A stretch of 64,000 bases of DNA. Origin: Dimorphilus gyrociliatus (Eukaryota > Animalia > Annelida). The DNA lies in NCBI GenBank assembly GCA_904063045.1, contig CAJFCJ010000083.1:12681-76680 (forward strand). Direction: 5' to 3'. The notes below the pieces were generated by a model. It was not told the DNA's origin and did not search any database. It saw only the letters and a program-made list of their open reading frames with translations. Shown piece after piece: positions 1-12,738 of this stretch. The position numbers were made by a program, and so were the translations under genes. Position 1 is the stretch's first letter, and every line of letters starts with the position of its first letter.

Positions 1-1575
1 TGTCACACAAGGCAATGACTTCTTGGCCTTTTTGATTCTTCAAACGGAATTGGAAGTCATTTCTTCCTTCTACCTGAGAAAGATATTGGAGGTGTGTTAT
101 TTCCTTCTCCACAAGGTGAAAGATTGTTGTTGCTTCTTTCCCTGTTTCCAACTTATTAGATTCATTGGCTAGTCTTAATCTGCTACCATGTACCAACTTG
201 CATGTATTATCATCCATTTGTATTTCATATATCCACTTTTGATGATTGACTTTTGTTATTCGGTATGGGCCTAACCATTTTAAAGAAGGGATTTTTGTTA
301 TTGCAATTCTTGCAGCATCATTTCTTAAGAATACTTCATCATCAACCTCAAAATATTTTGGAAGATTGAGATTTCTATTCTTTCTTTCCCTATATTGTTC
401 TTTTGCCATGATGGATTTACAGAAGGCTGTAGCTCTTAACTGTACTAATTGCTGCTGGTGATTGAATACAAATAGTACATTTGTTTCAGGAGAGGTAGTA
501 TGCATTGTTACATCAATCAGTGTTCTTGTGCTGGTGCCAAAAAGAAGTTCCTGGGGTGGTAGTCTTGTACTTCCTACAGGTGATTGATTCAAAAATGCTT
601 GAATCAAGGGTAGGTTTGCAACCCAGTTATGCTGATTTTCTTCCACCACTAATTTATTGATTTCCTTCCTCACTTCTCTATTTCTTCGTTCAACTAGTCC
701 ATTGCTCTGGCTTCTATAAGCTGTTGTTTGGATTTTCTCAATACCTAATACCTTCATAAACTCTTTAAAAGCTTTACCAACAAAGTTTCTTCCTTGATCT
801 GTCAACATTTGTTTTGGAATTCCAAAAATGGGAAAAAATCTGTTGAAAAGAAGGTTTGCAATTTCTTTACTGGTTTGCTGTTTGAGTGCATATAAAACTG
901 TGTATCTACTGAAATGATCCACTATCACAAGTATGAATCTGTATGACTTAACCATGGGTAAGGGTCCCATTATATCCATGGCTACCAACTCCATTGGTGA
1001 TGCAGGGTGAAAGGTTTCTACCAAAGGGTATACTCTACTCCTACCATTCATTTGTTCACACAAAGTGCAATCCTTTATTGAATTCTCAATCATAATCTTT
1101 AATTTTGGGTGCCAAAAGGTCTTTGTAATTATTTGTAATGTCATTCTGGGTCCATGGTGATTGTGAATTTTATTTTTATGGAATTTAGGGAGCAGAGTTA
1201 GCATCAAATGGTCAGGTAAAACCAGAATGTTTCTTTCTTCAAGGATAATCCAGATCATTTCCTTGTGAACAAACATCTCCATTATGAAAGGTGTAAAAGT
1301 TCCAAAATAAGGAATAGGTAGCTGACCATCCAATGTTAAATATTCTTTAATTGATTTTAAATTCACATCTTTTTCTTGCTCTGACTGTAAGTCAACAGAA
1401 GACAAATCAATTTTCTCTTCACTGTTATCACTGGTAGCTACAAAAGTTAACTCTGGTGTATGTTCATACTGTTCCATTTTAACTGAAATAGAGGGAGAAT
1501 TCTCCTTTTTGATCTTTCCATGAATTAGCTCTTCAAATGTTACTTTCCTTGGGGTGTATATTCTTCTAATCTTGT
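1..1575 (-). CDS. pol: Pol: linker and integrase; open frame runs off the window edge (hence absent from the ORF track)
   Basis: My translation gives HNHHG...FWHP...CTLC (HHCC), ELVAMDIMGP, IVDHFSR, MLTDQGRNF, SQSNGLVERRN, WLGPYRI, with no stop from ~1575 to 1. It is in a different frame from the RT/RH ORF. Confidence 0.92.
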
Positions 1576-3220
1576 TAATGCATCTGCTCTATTTTTTCGT
1601 CCTGTCACATAGTTAATTGTAAATTTTAAATCCATTAAAGCCATGACCCATTTTGCTGTGCTGACATTCAATTTGTTTTGCTTAAATGTTTGTACTAGAC
1701 TCTGATGGTCAGTATATAAAAAGAATGGCTTGTCTTGAAGGTAATGTAAAAATTTCTTTACAACCCAGTAAACACCAAATGCTTCCTTTTGATAGGCTGC
1801 ATATTTCATTTGATTATTGTTGAATTGTTTTGAAGCGTAGGCAATGGGTTTCATTGTTTTCTTCCCATTCTCATCTACATAAACTTGTTCAAGAACTCCT
1901 CCTACAGCTACATTCGATGCATCTGTTGTTAAGTGAAAATCTTTAGCAAAATCAGGTAGTTGTAATACAGGAGGGTTAACTACTGCATCTCTCAACTTGA
2001 AAAATGATTGCTTGGCTTCCTCAGTCCATTGCAATTTATCCTTTTTCCCATGTAGTTTCATTAACATATACAGAGGTTTAGCTACTCTTGCAAAATCTTG
2101 TATAAATTTTCTGTAATAGCCACAAAATGCAACAAAGCTTAGTAGTGAATTTGCAAACACTGGTGGCTGTAAATTATATAATTTATCTGTCTTGGACTTA
2201 TCTGTTTCAATCCCCTTTTCTGATACAATGTGTCCCAAGAATTGAACTTGTTCTTTCAAAAACACACATTTACTTAGTTTAATCTTAAAATTGTACTTTT
2301 GAATCTGTTGAAGAATGGTCTCCAATGCTTCCCAATGTTGGTCCAGCGACTTGGTAAATATTATTATGTCATCAAGGTAGTTTAGGCACAAATGCTTTAC
2401 ATCCTTTAGCACAAATGAATTCATTACATAACTAAAATGAGGAGGGGCATTGGTTAATCCAAAAGGCATCTTAATAAATTCAAACAAGCCAAAAGGTGTA
2501 ATAAATGCTGTTTTAGACCTATCTTCTTTCTTGATGTTAATGTGGTGGTATGCACTTGTCAAATCCATTGTAGAAAAGAATTTATTTCCTCCTCCCAAAT
2601 GGTCAAAAAGATCATCTTGATTTGGCAGTGGATACTTGTTTTTAACTGTCATTTTGTTTAGTTTTCTATAATCTACACACATTCGTAGACTACCTTCCTT
2701 CTTTCTTACGAAAACAATTGGTGAAGCCCAATTGCTCTTGCTTGGTTGAATAACTTTGCTTTTTACCAATTCAGCTATCTGTTGCTTACATTCTTCTTGT
2801 TTTTGAGGAGGCATTCTATATGGCCTTTGTCTATATGGTGTTGAACCTGGTTCAAGAGTTATTTCCAAGGGTGGTACCTCTGGATTGCCAATATCAAATC
2901 TGTCTTCTGCAATAGTTTCTTTATATTTTGCCAGAATTTGGGTAACTTTGTTCTTCATCTCGGGATTTTCTTGTTCAATTGTTGTCTGAAGGGTATGTAT
3001 TTGACTCTCATTCTTTTTCATAATAAGAGGAACTGGGTAAAACCCTTTGAAAGATAAGTGTTGTGTTCCAACAGGGTAATTCTTTTCTGTACCTGGCTGG
3101 AGTATAATCTGTCTCTTGCCAAAGTCAAGGGTAGCTCCATTTTGTTGTAGAAAGTCACACCCAATAATACATTGTTGTGTAATGATTTTGTTGATCAGAA
3201 AGCGTTGTTTAATAATCTTT
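1540..3220 (-). CDS. pol: Pol: protease C-half, reverse transcriptase, RNase H
   Basis: Motifs IIGCDFL, PYRQRPYR, WASPIVFV.KK.GSLRMCVDYRKLN, MPFGL.NAP, YLDDIII, FLGHIVS, TDAS, ADALTR. Confidence 0.97.
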
Positions 3221-4604
3221 CATTAAAATAAAGTCTGAGAATGATTTCTCCACATATCTCGATGCTATTTCCTGAAGCATCTCTAGCATTTTTCACAGTT
3301 TGTTCTGGGAAGGATGCTTTTCCTTGAACTTGTCTTAATACCTTTTTTGAAATGAAAGATCTGTCACTACCAGAGTCTATCAAGGCATCAAACTTAAAAC
3401 CAGTATTAGTTTCAAATTGTCCAATAAATGTTGAAGCATTTCGCTCAGATTGTTTGCTTTGTAACAGCTGACAAGTGGATTCGTCACTATCTGAAAAACA
3501 GAGAATATCTTGAACTTCGTCGTTTTCTGACATGCTTTCATTGTCTAATGTTTCTAATTTTTGTAGCTTAGGTTCCTCTTTCAGTATCGTCTTTGCTGGT
3601 TGATTTTTCTTATAATACCTATTTGTTGTAGTTGGTGCATACTTTTGGACTTTTTGGCTTGAAAACTTTTCTTTAGTAGCATTTTTGTTGTCAGGTACAT
3701 GCTTTCTATTCCAGAAATTTGGGGTTTCTGTAGAAGCATCTTTTCTGATTACCTGGGTCTTTTTGGTCTCTTTTCTTTGTTGAGTTTCCAATTTTGACAC
3801 CATTGTGATCGGTTTTCTTTGAGTTAGTTTTAATGAAGTTTCTGCTTGCTTAGCAGCCTCATATAGTTCTGCCAATGTTTGACATTTAGGATGTAAGGTG
3901 TACACTAAATGTAGAATATCCTGTTGTAATCCTCTTTGTAAAACTTCCATCAGTTTTATTTCTTTCATAGTTGCAAGCAATTGTGGTTCCATTGGTCTAG
4001 GTGGAGAAAACCTCTTTATCAATTTCTTTGCTCTATTAACAAACTGAACCACACTTTCGCCATTCATTTGCTTTAAGTTAAGCAATTTCTCCTGATACTC
4101 CAAAGGATCTAGATCAAATTCGTCATGGAGGGCTTTCCATATTTCCTCCACAGTAGGCTCTCCATCCAGAGCCAACACCAAATCCTTTGCAGGACCAGTT
4201 AAATAATCTAAAAGATTTGCTTTCACAACATCTTCTCCTATCCAACCATAAGCATAACATGCCTGATTAAAGTCTTCTTTGAATTTTGAACACTCCTTGC
4301 TTCCATCATACAACTTGAGAATAGTTCTTTGAGGGCGGTCCCAAGCAGCCCTTAATGCTTGAATTACTGTTGTGATATCAACATTTGGGTTCTGTGCTGG
4401 GTGATGTGTTCCATCTCCATGATCTGTTGGAATTGTGATTCGATTTCTTTTCATTTCACTCACCAATCTATCATAGTCTTCAATTAGTCTTTGTTGCCTT
4501 TCTGACATTCCTGCTGGCTGAATTGTAATTGTTGGAGTTGCTGGGGTTGAAGGGTTAGAGTCTGTAACTGCCCCAGTGGCGTTTCCATTTCCTCCTTCTG
4601 CCAT
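3195..4604 (-). CDS. gag: Gag plus N-terminal half of the aspartic protease; true start MAEGG at 4604; frameshifted near 3215
   Basis: The first ATG after the PBS is at 4604; the ORF-track start at 4739 lies inside the LTR. Contains a retrotransposon gag-like segment (YDGS...F...A..YGW...LLDYLTGPA) and the protease motif LIDSGS. Confidence 0.9.
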   Translation of the reverse strand: MAEGGNGNATGAVTDSNPSTPATPTITIQPAGMSERQQRLIEDYDRLVSEMKRNRITIPTDHGDGTHHPAQNPNVDITTVIQALRAAWDRPQRTILKLYDGSKECSKFKEDFNQACYAYGWIGEDVVKANLLDYLTGPAKDLVLALDGEPTVEEIWKALHDEFDLDPLEYQEKLLNLKQMNGESVVQFVNRAKKLIKRFSPPRPMEPQLLATMKEIKLMEVLQRGLQQDILHLVYTLHPKCQTLAELYEAAKQAETSLKLTQRKPITMVSKLETQQRKETKKTQVIRKDASTETPNFWNRKHVPDNKNATKEKFSSQKVQKYAPTTTNRYYKKNQPAKTILKEEPKLQKLETLDNESMSENDEVQDILCFSDSDESTCQLLQSKQSERNASTFIGQFETNTGFKFDALIDSGSDRSFISKKVLRQVQGKASFPEQTVKNARDASGNSIEICGEIILRLYFNERLLNNAF

Positions 4605-4642
4605 ATTTACTTTCTCAAAACTTTTGAATAAACCAAAAGAAT

Positions 4643-4660
4643 ATCCTGTCGACTGCGCCA
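4643..4660 (-). promoter_or_regulatory. Primer binding site, probably tRNA-Ser
   Basis: Minus strand TGGCGCAGTCGACAGGAT starts 4 nt inside the LTR end. It is complementary to a tRNA 3' end ATCCTGTCGACTGCG-CCA, resembling invertebrate tRNA-Ser ends (from recalled sequence). Confidence 0.8.
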
Positions 4661-4664
4661 AATT

Positions 4665-5299
4665 TGTACTGCTCTTGCTGGCAAAATCTATGCGTTTGCA
4701 AGTTATAACAATACTGGTTCTACTCGAACCTTTAAACAAATGTTTAAATTAAAATGGTTTATTCGCAATAATAATACTTAAGCAAGTAACAATATGAGAG
4801 TTCAATAGCAGAGTAGATAGTTTGTAATAGCAGGTTGCCAAATTACCAAACTGTCTTCCAATGTTGAGGAGTAGATGGATGGTTCCAGTGGAGGTTGTTT
4901 CCAGATGATTTTCCCAGGTCCTTGGGTCCAGATGGAAGCTGCATGCCAAATGAGAATAATGAGGATTTATATACTTTGAGGTTTGTCTCTGACATCCAAT
5001 CATCACTTTACAGTTGCCAAAATGTGTAGTTCATATTTATCTTTAGTAACAGGATGTTACAAGGTTCAACATTTAGGAAGGTTAATTGAATTATAACTTG
5101 GCCACACCCTAGGCAAGTTAATTAAATTATAACTTGGCCAAACCTTTATTGGTAATTAAAGATGAACCTTCAAGCTGACTAATCAGACTTATGTTTGGCC
5201 AATGTTTTAGCATTTTCTTGCGTAGGTTTTAAGATGTACATGTATATGTTGCATAAAATAATAGAGTTCAAGCATGTAAAATATAACCAAAGTTGTACA
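4665..5299 (-). repeat. 5' LTR of the Gypsy element (635 bp)
   Basis: Termini are TGTAC...GTACA. Similarity to 23384-24019 stops exactly at these termini (about 26 differences counted by eye). AATAAA occurs on the minus strand near 4757-4764, and there is an internal direct repeat AATTATAACTTGGCCA x2. Confidence 0.95.
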
Positions 5300-5551
5300 T
5301 CAGTTTCTATTTTTACAAAAATTATAAGAAATAATTTTCTATTGTATAATAAAGAGAAAATGCGCAATAAGTAAATTGCTAAACAATTTGCACACATTTT
5401 TTCTCATGCACTTATACCATTTTACATACATCCAAAATATTTTTCACTTTTCATCTTTAGAATTCTCTTTTCCCTGATGAAAAACAAAACAATTCTAATT
5501 ATCTATAAATTTCAATTTACAAAAACTTGGATTTAATGCTTAATATCAGGT

Positions 5552-8500
5552 TTACAATACATTTAAATAGAATACAACAACAATGAATTTATACATCATT
5601 TCTTCTCTTTCAAATCCCATTTTAATGTAGTATAGTTTAAACTGATTCAGCATAAATACTGCAGGATTTATCACAGAATTTAAGGTCAAAAGGAAAAACA
5701 ATAGAACAACAAGTATTTTCTTTTTAATCATCAAAGTAAAAAATCTTGAATAAATTACTATTAAAAAATATGTAATGATTTCAAATGTCATTTCATGAAA
5801 AAAGTTATTAAAGTTTTTAATGACAACAAATTTAAATTATTTTTCAAATATATTTACTTAGAATAGACATAGGAAACCAACAAAGCAAATTGGTTGAAAC
5901 AATTAAAAGAACATTCAATTTCAAAGTAATTTGCCGTTTTTGAAATTTATCATCAAACATAAACTTTTTGGACATTAAAGTATGTTTCCAAATGGCAAAG
6001 TATAAAAAAATGATGAATAAACATATTGATGTTATTAATAATCCAAAAATTACAAATGAAAACTGCCAACCTTCCAATTCAACACTAGTTATATGTATTG
6101 TAAAGCAAACTGGACTATTTGAATGATACATCTAAGTTGTTAATTTACTTTTCATCAACAGTCATTACTAGCATGGGAAATGGAGGTACTACTCACAGGA
6201 TATAACACAAAAGGAAGTGAAGATATCAGTGAAGCTGTTAGAAAATTCAAAACAACTAAAATTTTGGATTTGTAAGGAGTGAGAACTTGTTTCATTGGTT
6301 TTGTTATAGAAAAATATCTCTCTAATGAAATCAGCAATATACTAAAAATAGACACCAGAATTGACCAACTGCAAAACCATCCAATGACTTTACAGTAGAT
6401 GCTATTTCTCCATTCATAGTCATGTTCAATATAAGTACCTTTGAAATATTCAGTAATGCCAGCTATCAATATTAAATAGCATGAAGTGCAAAAATCAGCA
6501 AAAGAAAGACTAAGATGAAAGAGATTAGTTCTTTGATTCTTATTGCTTTTAAACACTACTCTAAACAACACTGTAGTCAAATTTTCTACAAATGCCATAC
6601 TTCCCAATATCCAAAGTGTTGACTTTGTAGCTTTTGATTCTATGAGATCTTCGCAAGAATTAAATATTGCACTGGATGGATTGCAGCTCTTAACCTTCTT
6701 TGAGTATCTCCAAGCAAAACAACACAATGAAAAATAGTTGCTGTTCAATTCTTCCAGCATCTTTGTTGGTTTCAGCAGTGTATTAACACCTTTTAATGAG
6801 ATTTCAGTGTCTTTTAAACTCAATTTTCTCAAAAGTATTATGTGTCTGAATACATTCCGACTGAAGTAAATGATATGTGATTCATCAATGATTAATTCAG
6901 TAAGATTTGTGGAATCCATCAAAAAATTATCACTCAAATATGAAATATCTGTCGACGAAAAGTTAATTGTCTTGAGATTGATGGTGTTAAGCAATCTGCT
7001 TTTAGGATCAATGTTTATTCTGCCATTAGAAGTTGTTAACATTTGTAAATTCTTTAAAGAATTTCCTAAGTTTGCTGACACATTTAGCAACTGAAAGTTG
7101 GTGATTGAGAGAAAAGCAACATTTGGAAATATTTTAGAAATTGCCAAGTTTTTAATAGAACAATCATGGATTGACAGAGACACTATTGAAAAAATGACAG
7201 TATTCATGGAAGAGTGGTCATCTATTGTAATATGAGTTGATTTATAGCTGTCTAACAGATTCTTTTCAAAGTATGCTTGGTGGAATGAACAATGGATTGT
7301 GTGGAAATTAATCACGTGACAATTCTCTGAACTACTTCTGTTCAGATGACAATAAAGTTCATCACTTCCTTTTAGACAATCAATTATTCCATTACACACT
7401 TCATTGAGCATAATGTACAAAAACTGTTGTCTACATTTAAAATATCCTCTTGGCCTAAAATCATCTGCATTTTATTAATTGATTGCAAGGTTATTTTTTC
7501 ACAGATTGCCTTTATGACATACCACAGTGCTGTTCATCATCATAGTGAGTACAGTGAACAATTCCATCACAAACCTGTTTAATTGATATACAGTATGCAG
7601 CATATTGACAAAGATATTGTCCTCTATTACAAAACTTTCTATCGCATGACATTAAATTAGAAAATGGAAAGTGAACTTTTGTTAAAAGTTTTCCCATTGA
7701 TGTATAAACAACTTCACAGTTTTGCCTTTTTTCCAATCTTGAGCACATATTTTGCAAAGTAACATTAAATTTGTCGCAGAAATCATATTTCTCATCATTG
7801 CCATTGACACAGTTCATTTGTTTATTGCATAGTTTATCTTTTGTAAAGCATTTATTATCACATTCAAATTTATTGTATTTATCACAATCTGTCAAAAATT
7901 GACATGAATAGTTTGCAGAGTTTGAATTATTGAATACATTGTTTTGTTTACCTTGTTGAGTAAATAGTTGATTTTCCATACTACATTTTTCATCACTTTC
8001 ATCATGACAATTTTTCTCATCATCACAAATACTCTTTTCATTGATACATTGTTTATTGTCACACCTAATTGAATAAGACATTTTGAAAAAGCAGCAAGTA
8101 TAACTTGTTTTAATTGGCCAAACAATGTTTTTATAATTTTACTTAATTTGTGCTTTGAGGAAAATATGCTGTTGCTTTCTTTCTGTTAAAAATGCATTGT
8201 GTTGGAGTCTGTTTAAAATGGCCACTTTGATTTGTCTTTGAGGTTAGATTTTGGGTTGGGAATGGGTTACTAACTAAGAGTAGGGTACAATGAAATCCTT
8301 AAAAGTGGTTTTACGGGCTGGGTTAAAGTAAAACCACTGTGAGTGTTTTTAACAACATTCCATTAATGATATTTTGGAATTGGTCTTTTTTTCCTAAAAA
8401 GCCTCAGGTTAGAGCTCTTTTCTAAACAAACATTTAGCTTGATGCTGTTTTTTGAAAAGGCTTTTTTCTTTACTTTTGATGGAACATTTTTAATCAATAA

Positions 8501-11500
8501 TTAAATGTTGGCCTATCAAAGTTTATGGTGTCCATATTTTCCTCTTGTTTACTTAATATATAAAAAATGTGTATATATATTAGGCCAATTAGATGGAGCA
8601 ATATAATTGGAGGAAAAATAAAGCAATACATTGCCTGGTTTGAACAGTTTTGATATTCTACAATGAGAAAATGACAGAGAGTTTATTGATATTGGTAGAA
8701 AACAGTAAATTAATGAAAACTTGCCACAATTGATTTCATCCAATCTGTTAATGCAATCATATACAAAATCACAAACAAATTGAAGAGGAATTGAGTGGTT
8801 GCTTTGACAAAAAAAGAGTTGAGATTGACTACAATTTTGTTCATCTTCACCATAAAAACAATCATTCAAGCCATCACACACATTTATCATATTAATACAA
8901 ATATCATTTTTGTAACAGTTGAATAAATCTTTTCCACAACTTTTAAATTCTTTATTCTCTAATTCAAATGATAAAGAAATTCCAATGTCATCTTTTTAGT
9001 ATGAAAATAAACAAAAAGAAAACAAGTTCATTTTTTTTCTATCATTTTTCTTTTTTAATATTTAATTCTAAATTTTACTGGCAGTTTTACAAAAGTTTTC
9101 ATCAAGAAAATTTTGACCACAGCCATATAGATAATCTGAACGAATGTTGTGATTTCTAGTTTTATCTTTCATATAAAAGCATCTGAGACTATTTTTAAGA
9201 TGAATATTAATGTTAATGTTTGGGATTAAATATTTTTCTTGAAAACAGATTTCATAAAATCTAAAAAACAGAAAATATGTATTGTAAATTTTCTGGAATA
9301 ATGGGAAGATTGCTGATTTAGAAATTTTAAAATTGGATTATATGGAATGCTCTAGAGATAAATTGAGATTTCAGTGATTTACTTTTGTAGATTATTAGTG
9401 TGATATCTTAAGGTAAAATGTAATTTAATTCTAAATAGATGTGTTCTTTTGTTCATTAATTAAAACTTTTTGGATGAAATACCTTGAAAATTGTTGTAAT
9501 GTATAGCCATAAAATTCATAAGGTTTTCCATCATCATATACAAGAATTTCATGTTTATTTATATCTTTAATGACTTTCAGTTCTATAAAATTGAATGTTA
9601 GGAAATTATTGAGGAAATTAAAAATGTAAGAATATTATAGTTCCATTTACAAAATGTGTCATCAAATGAAGATTAGATTTAGATATTTTATTTAACTATT
9701 AATTTACATATTTTTTTTAACTTTTAAATTTGAATCTGAGGTATGGCAAGTGCTTTTTTAATTTGATGACACTTTTAACTGTAACTTACTTCCAGGGATT
9801 AGTTTTCGAAATGTAAGAATAAAATGATACTCAGGAGTTGTATGATATGCTAGAGATGCATTTATAGTATTACATTCATTTTGTGCCTGATTAATTGTTA
9901 CTCTCTTAGGATAAATGAAACGGGTGTAGCATGAACCCTGAAAGCTATATGTATTTGGCTTTAAACAGTTGGAATCTATGAGTTTAAAAAATGAAAATTT
10001 ATATCTTGTAATTATTTAACAAAATTAATATTGACTTGAATCATTACTACATTGTAATAAATAATCATAAAATAGCCTATGAAAATAAAGTAATTAAATA
10101 TTAGATGATAACTTCTGACATTTCACCTAACATCAAAGTCACCATTTTTTTCATTGAAACCCAAAGAATACCCACTCATCCCAATCCTCTAAATTAAAAT
10201 GGCAACTTTGGTGGGAAATTGATGATAAAATGTCAGAAAATACCCAGAGTTTTCCTGTTTCATTGTAATGTTACACTCGGATAAAGTTGATAGAAATGGA
10301 CAATTGAAAGAAAATCCTTTTCCATAATGTAAAGATAAAGTACGCTTTTTATCCTTAAGCGTACCACCTTCAAAGCCAAAGTATTTACAAATAATTGCCA
10401 CCTCAAAACTTTTTAATAGATGTTTAAGATGATATGATTTTCCTTGATAAAAAGCTAAGAGATAACCCTCAAACTTTTCAGCTCCTCTATGTTTTAACTG
10501 TGTTGTATTATGTAAAAAGCTAAATTCATTCACCAAAATAAAATCATAATCTGATATAATTTTTGAACTTGGGCTTGTTTGATTTAAATTAAAAACAGAA
10601 ATTTTTTTACCTGAAGCATAAAAATCAAAACATCTAGGCAGAAATATTTCTGAAGGATCTTGAAAACTTCTTAAAGAGCATCCATATCTAATATTGCCAT
10701 TGTTTTCACAATATGCAAATACTGGTCCTGTTCTTTTTTCCAAAGCATAACTTAATTGAGGGCATCCAGTTGTAGATTGCTTTTAATAACAGAATATTTA
10801 AAATTTATTTAACAAAGTTTGGCAGTTGACAATTCAAAAGTATTTTTAACTTACAGTTTTTTCCATTTTAAACTGTTTGAAATAAGAAGAATGTAAAAGT
10901 GGAAACTTTCCTTCCAGATTACAAATTAACTCAATAGCTTCATAGTTGCCAATCCAATAAAAAAGTAATGGATAAAATCCAAATGTCTTTGATAATAGAA
11001 GATAACCAGTCAATTTGGGAAATTTTGCAGAAAACATATATTCTTTTTGAAAAGATGTCATTTTAACGAACTTAAAATCATAATCTATTGAAAAAAAATC
11101 TTTTTTCATTAATACAATTAAGAATGATTAAATGTTTGGATAAAGGACAGGTTTTTAACCCATGTTCTTTTTTAAATATAGCTGGGAAAAAACTCTAAAA
11201 CCTAAGGGGCTTTCTCAGACCTTTTTTAGGCTGATGGCTAAAATTAGGGTTGGAATAAACAAAATAATGATACATTTGTCAATGGATAAGTTTGGGATAT
11301 TATGTCCTCATCTATTTTAACTAGAAATTCGCTTAAAAGAGAAATGTAGAGGAGTGAGTGATTTGTATCTTTCATTCAACAATATCAAATCCGAATTACC
11401 ATATAATTCATCTTGACTGCATGCAACTGGCTCAATATTTTCACCACTAGTGCTGTTTTGAAAACTACTCCAGTCAAGTTTCATACCTTTATGATAATTT

Positions 11501-12505
11501 ATCAAAAGCATTCTTATCTTATTATTTCCATAAACATCACTTATGATTAGATTGTCATCTGTGAAAAATTCAATTGTCTTACAAATGTTGTGTTCACTTC
11601 TCGTGTTTTTTTTATTTAAAAGAAAATTTTCTTTATTAAATCTCATAATAATTCCATAGGTTGTTTTATATCTTCTATCTCTAGCTGTAAGTTGGTTGCT
11701 ATATACAGCTAAAAAATCTATGAATAATTCATTAAAAAATCCTTGGTCAAAATAACTCATTGATTACAAATAAAAACTCACAAATTGTTTGCAGTTTAAA
11801 ACATTTTAAGCAAAATGAACCTAGAAAAGATGGATTTTCTCTTAGTACTTGTCTAAAATAAAGGAAAGGAAATATTGAATATTTGCTTTCTGATATATTG
11901 AATTTTCCCTCACAAAAGATATTTCCCAGAAACTTTTTTTGGCATAAGTGATAGAAATTCTGTATTTTGCAAAATGTAATTATTCATTTTACATACAAAT
12001 TTAACATTTGTAGGATGTTGAACAGAATGTCAGCCATTTTGAATTTTTACTTGTTTCTCATGTTTTGTTAGTAAGCTGAGGTTTAGCTTGAAAAAAAAGA
12101 CTAAATACTGAAATATTGAATTTTTACTTAATTTTTCTATTATGGGACATTTTGATTCAACCCCACAATCTTTTCAATACCATTTTTGGGCTCACAAACT
12201 TCAGCAACAAAATGATAATCATCATATCCCAGCATTCTACAAAGTTTCTTATGCAATCTGTTACTAATTCCAAGACCATAAGCAAGATTATATATTTTAC
12301 TTTCATTTTTAATTTTTAAAAATATTTTCCCATAAACAAATTTTTCATTTTCAATTAATGATTTCATATGATATGTAACATTGATTTCATCCAGATATTC
12401 ATATAGGAAATATTCACCATTTTCAAGATAATTACATCTACAATTCACAGTTGAAGTTATAATGAAGAAAATATAAAAAATTATATGTTTTTTGAAAATT
12501 TCCAT
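5552..12505 (-). CDS. Receptor A: multi-exon GRL101/LGR-like GPCR (signal peptide, SRCR-like, C-type lectin, LDLa repeats, LRR, 7TM)
   Basis: Signal peptide MEIFKKHIIFYIFFIITSTVNC at 12505. SRCR-like motifs (KLCRMLGY; ICKYFGF...NCP...CNI). CTL-like exon at ~9790-9960 (CLKPNTYSFQGSCY...AQNEC). LDLa exons 7512-8926. LRR plus TM1-4 in 6155-7420 (ISLERY). TM5-6 exon 5858-6131, a 100-nt intron 5758-5857, then TM7 NSVINP. Confidence 0.88.
5872..9097 (-). repeat. Left arm of a 3226-bp near-perfect inverted repeat
   Basis: Reverse complement of 16113-19338. Paired coordinates sum to 25210 at both ends and at every mirrored ORF, so there are no net indels. Confidence 0.97.
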
Positions 12506-12738
12506 CAATGAAAAATTTGTCAAGAAATGTATTGAATAGAATTATTTTAATTGAAGCTTAAAACAAATGAAGATATTTCCCGTACTTCTAATATTTTTAT
12601 TCAGATTATCCTTTTCAAATTGAAATTATTACACCTTTGCAATAATTATTTTACTCAGATTTCAAACTAGCCTTGTTCAAATTGCATAAAATTTAACCTG
12701 TTGTTTTTTATGTCTAATACAACTCAACATTTCAAAAA
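12506..12738. promoter_or_regulatory. Putative shared bidirectional promoter between receptors A and B (233 bp between ATGs)
   Basis: Divergent ATGs at 12505 (-) and 12739 (+) open clearly paralogous first exons. No TSS evidence. Confidence 0.6.

Larger units (their letters stand above)
1..5299 (-). mobile_element. Ty3/Gypsy LTR retrotransposon (5' LTR, PBS, gag-PR-RT-RH-IN); 3' end lies outside the window
   Basis: Domain order gag, protease (LIDSGS), RT (YLDD), RNase H (TDAS...TDHQSL), integrase (HH-CC, DIMGP, TDQG, NGLVER, WLGPY) is Gypsy-type. A 635-bp TG...CA LTR is followed by a PBS. Confidence 0.97.

Noticed and set aside
4605-5006. ORF-track N-terminal extension of gag (to 4739) and the 85-aa ORFs at 4749-5006 and 23468-23725
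   Set aside because: They lie inside the LTR or span the PBS. Their duplication simply reflects the two LTR copies.
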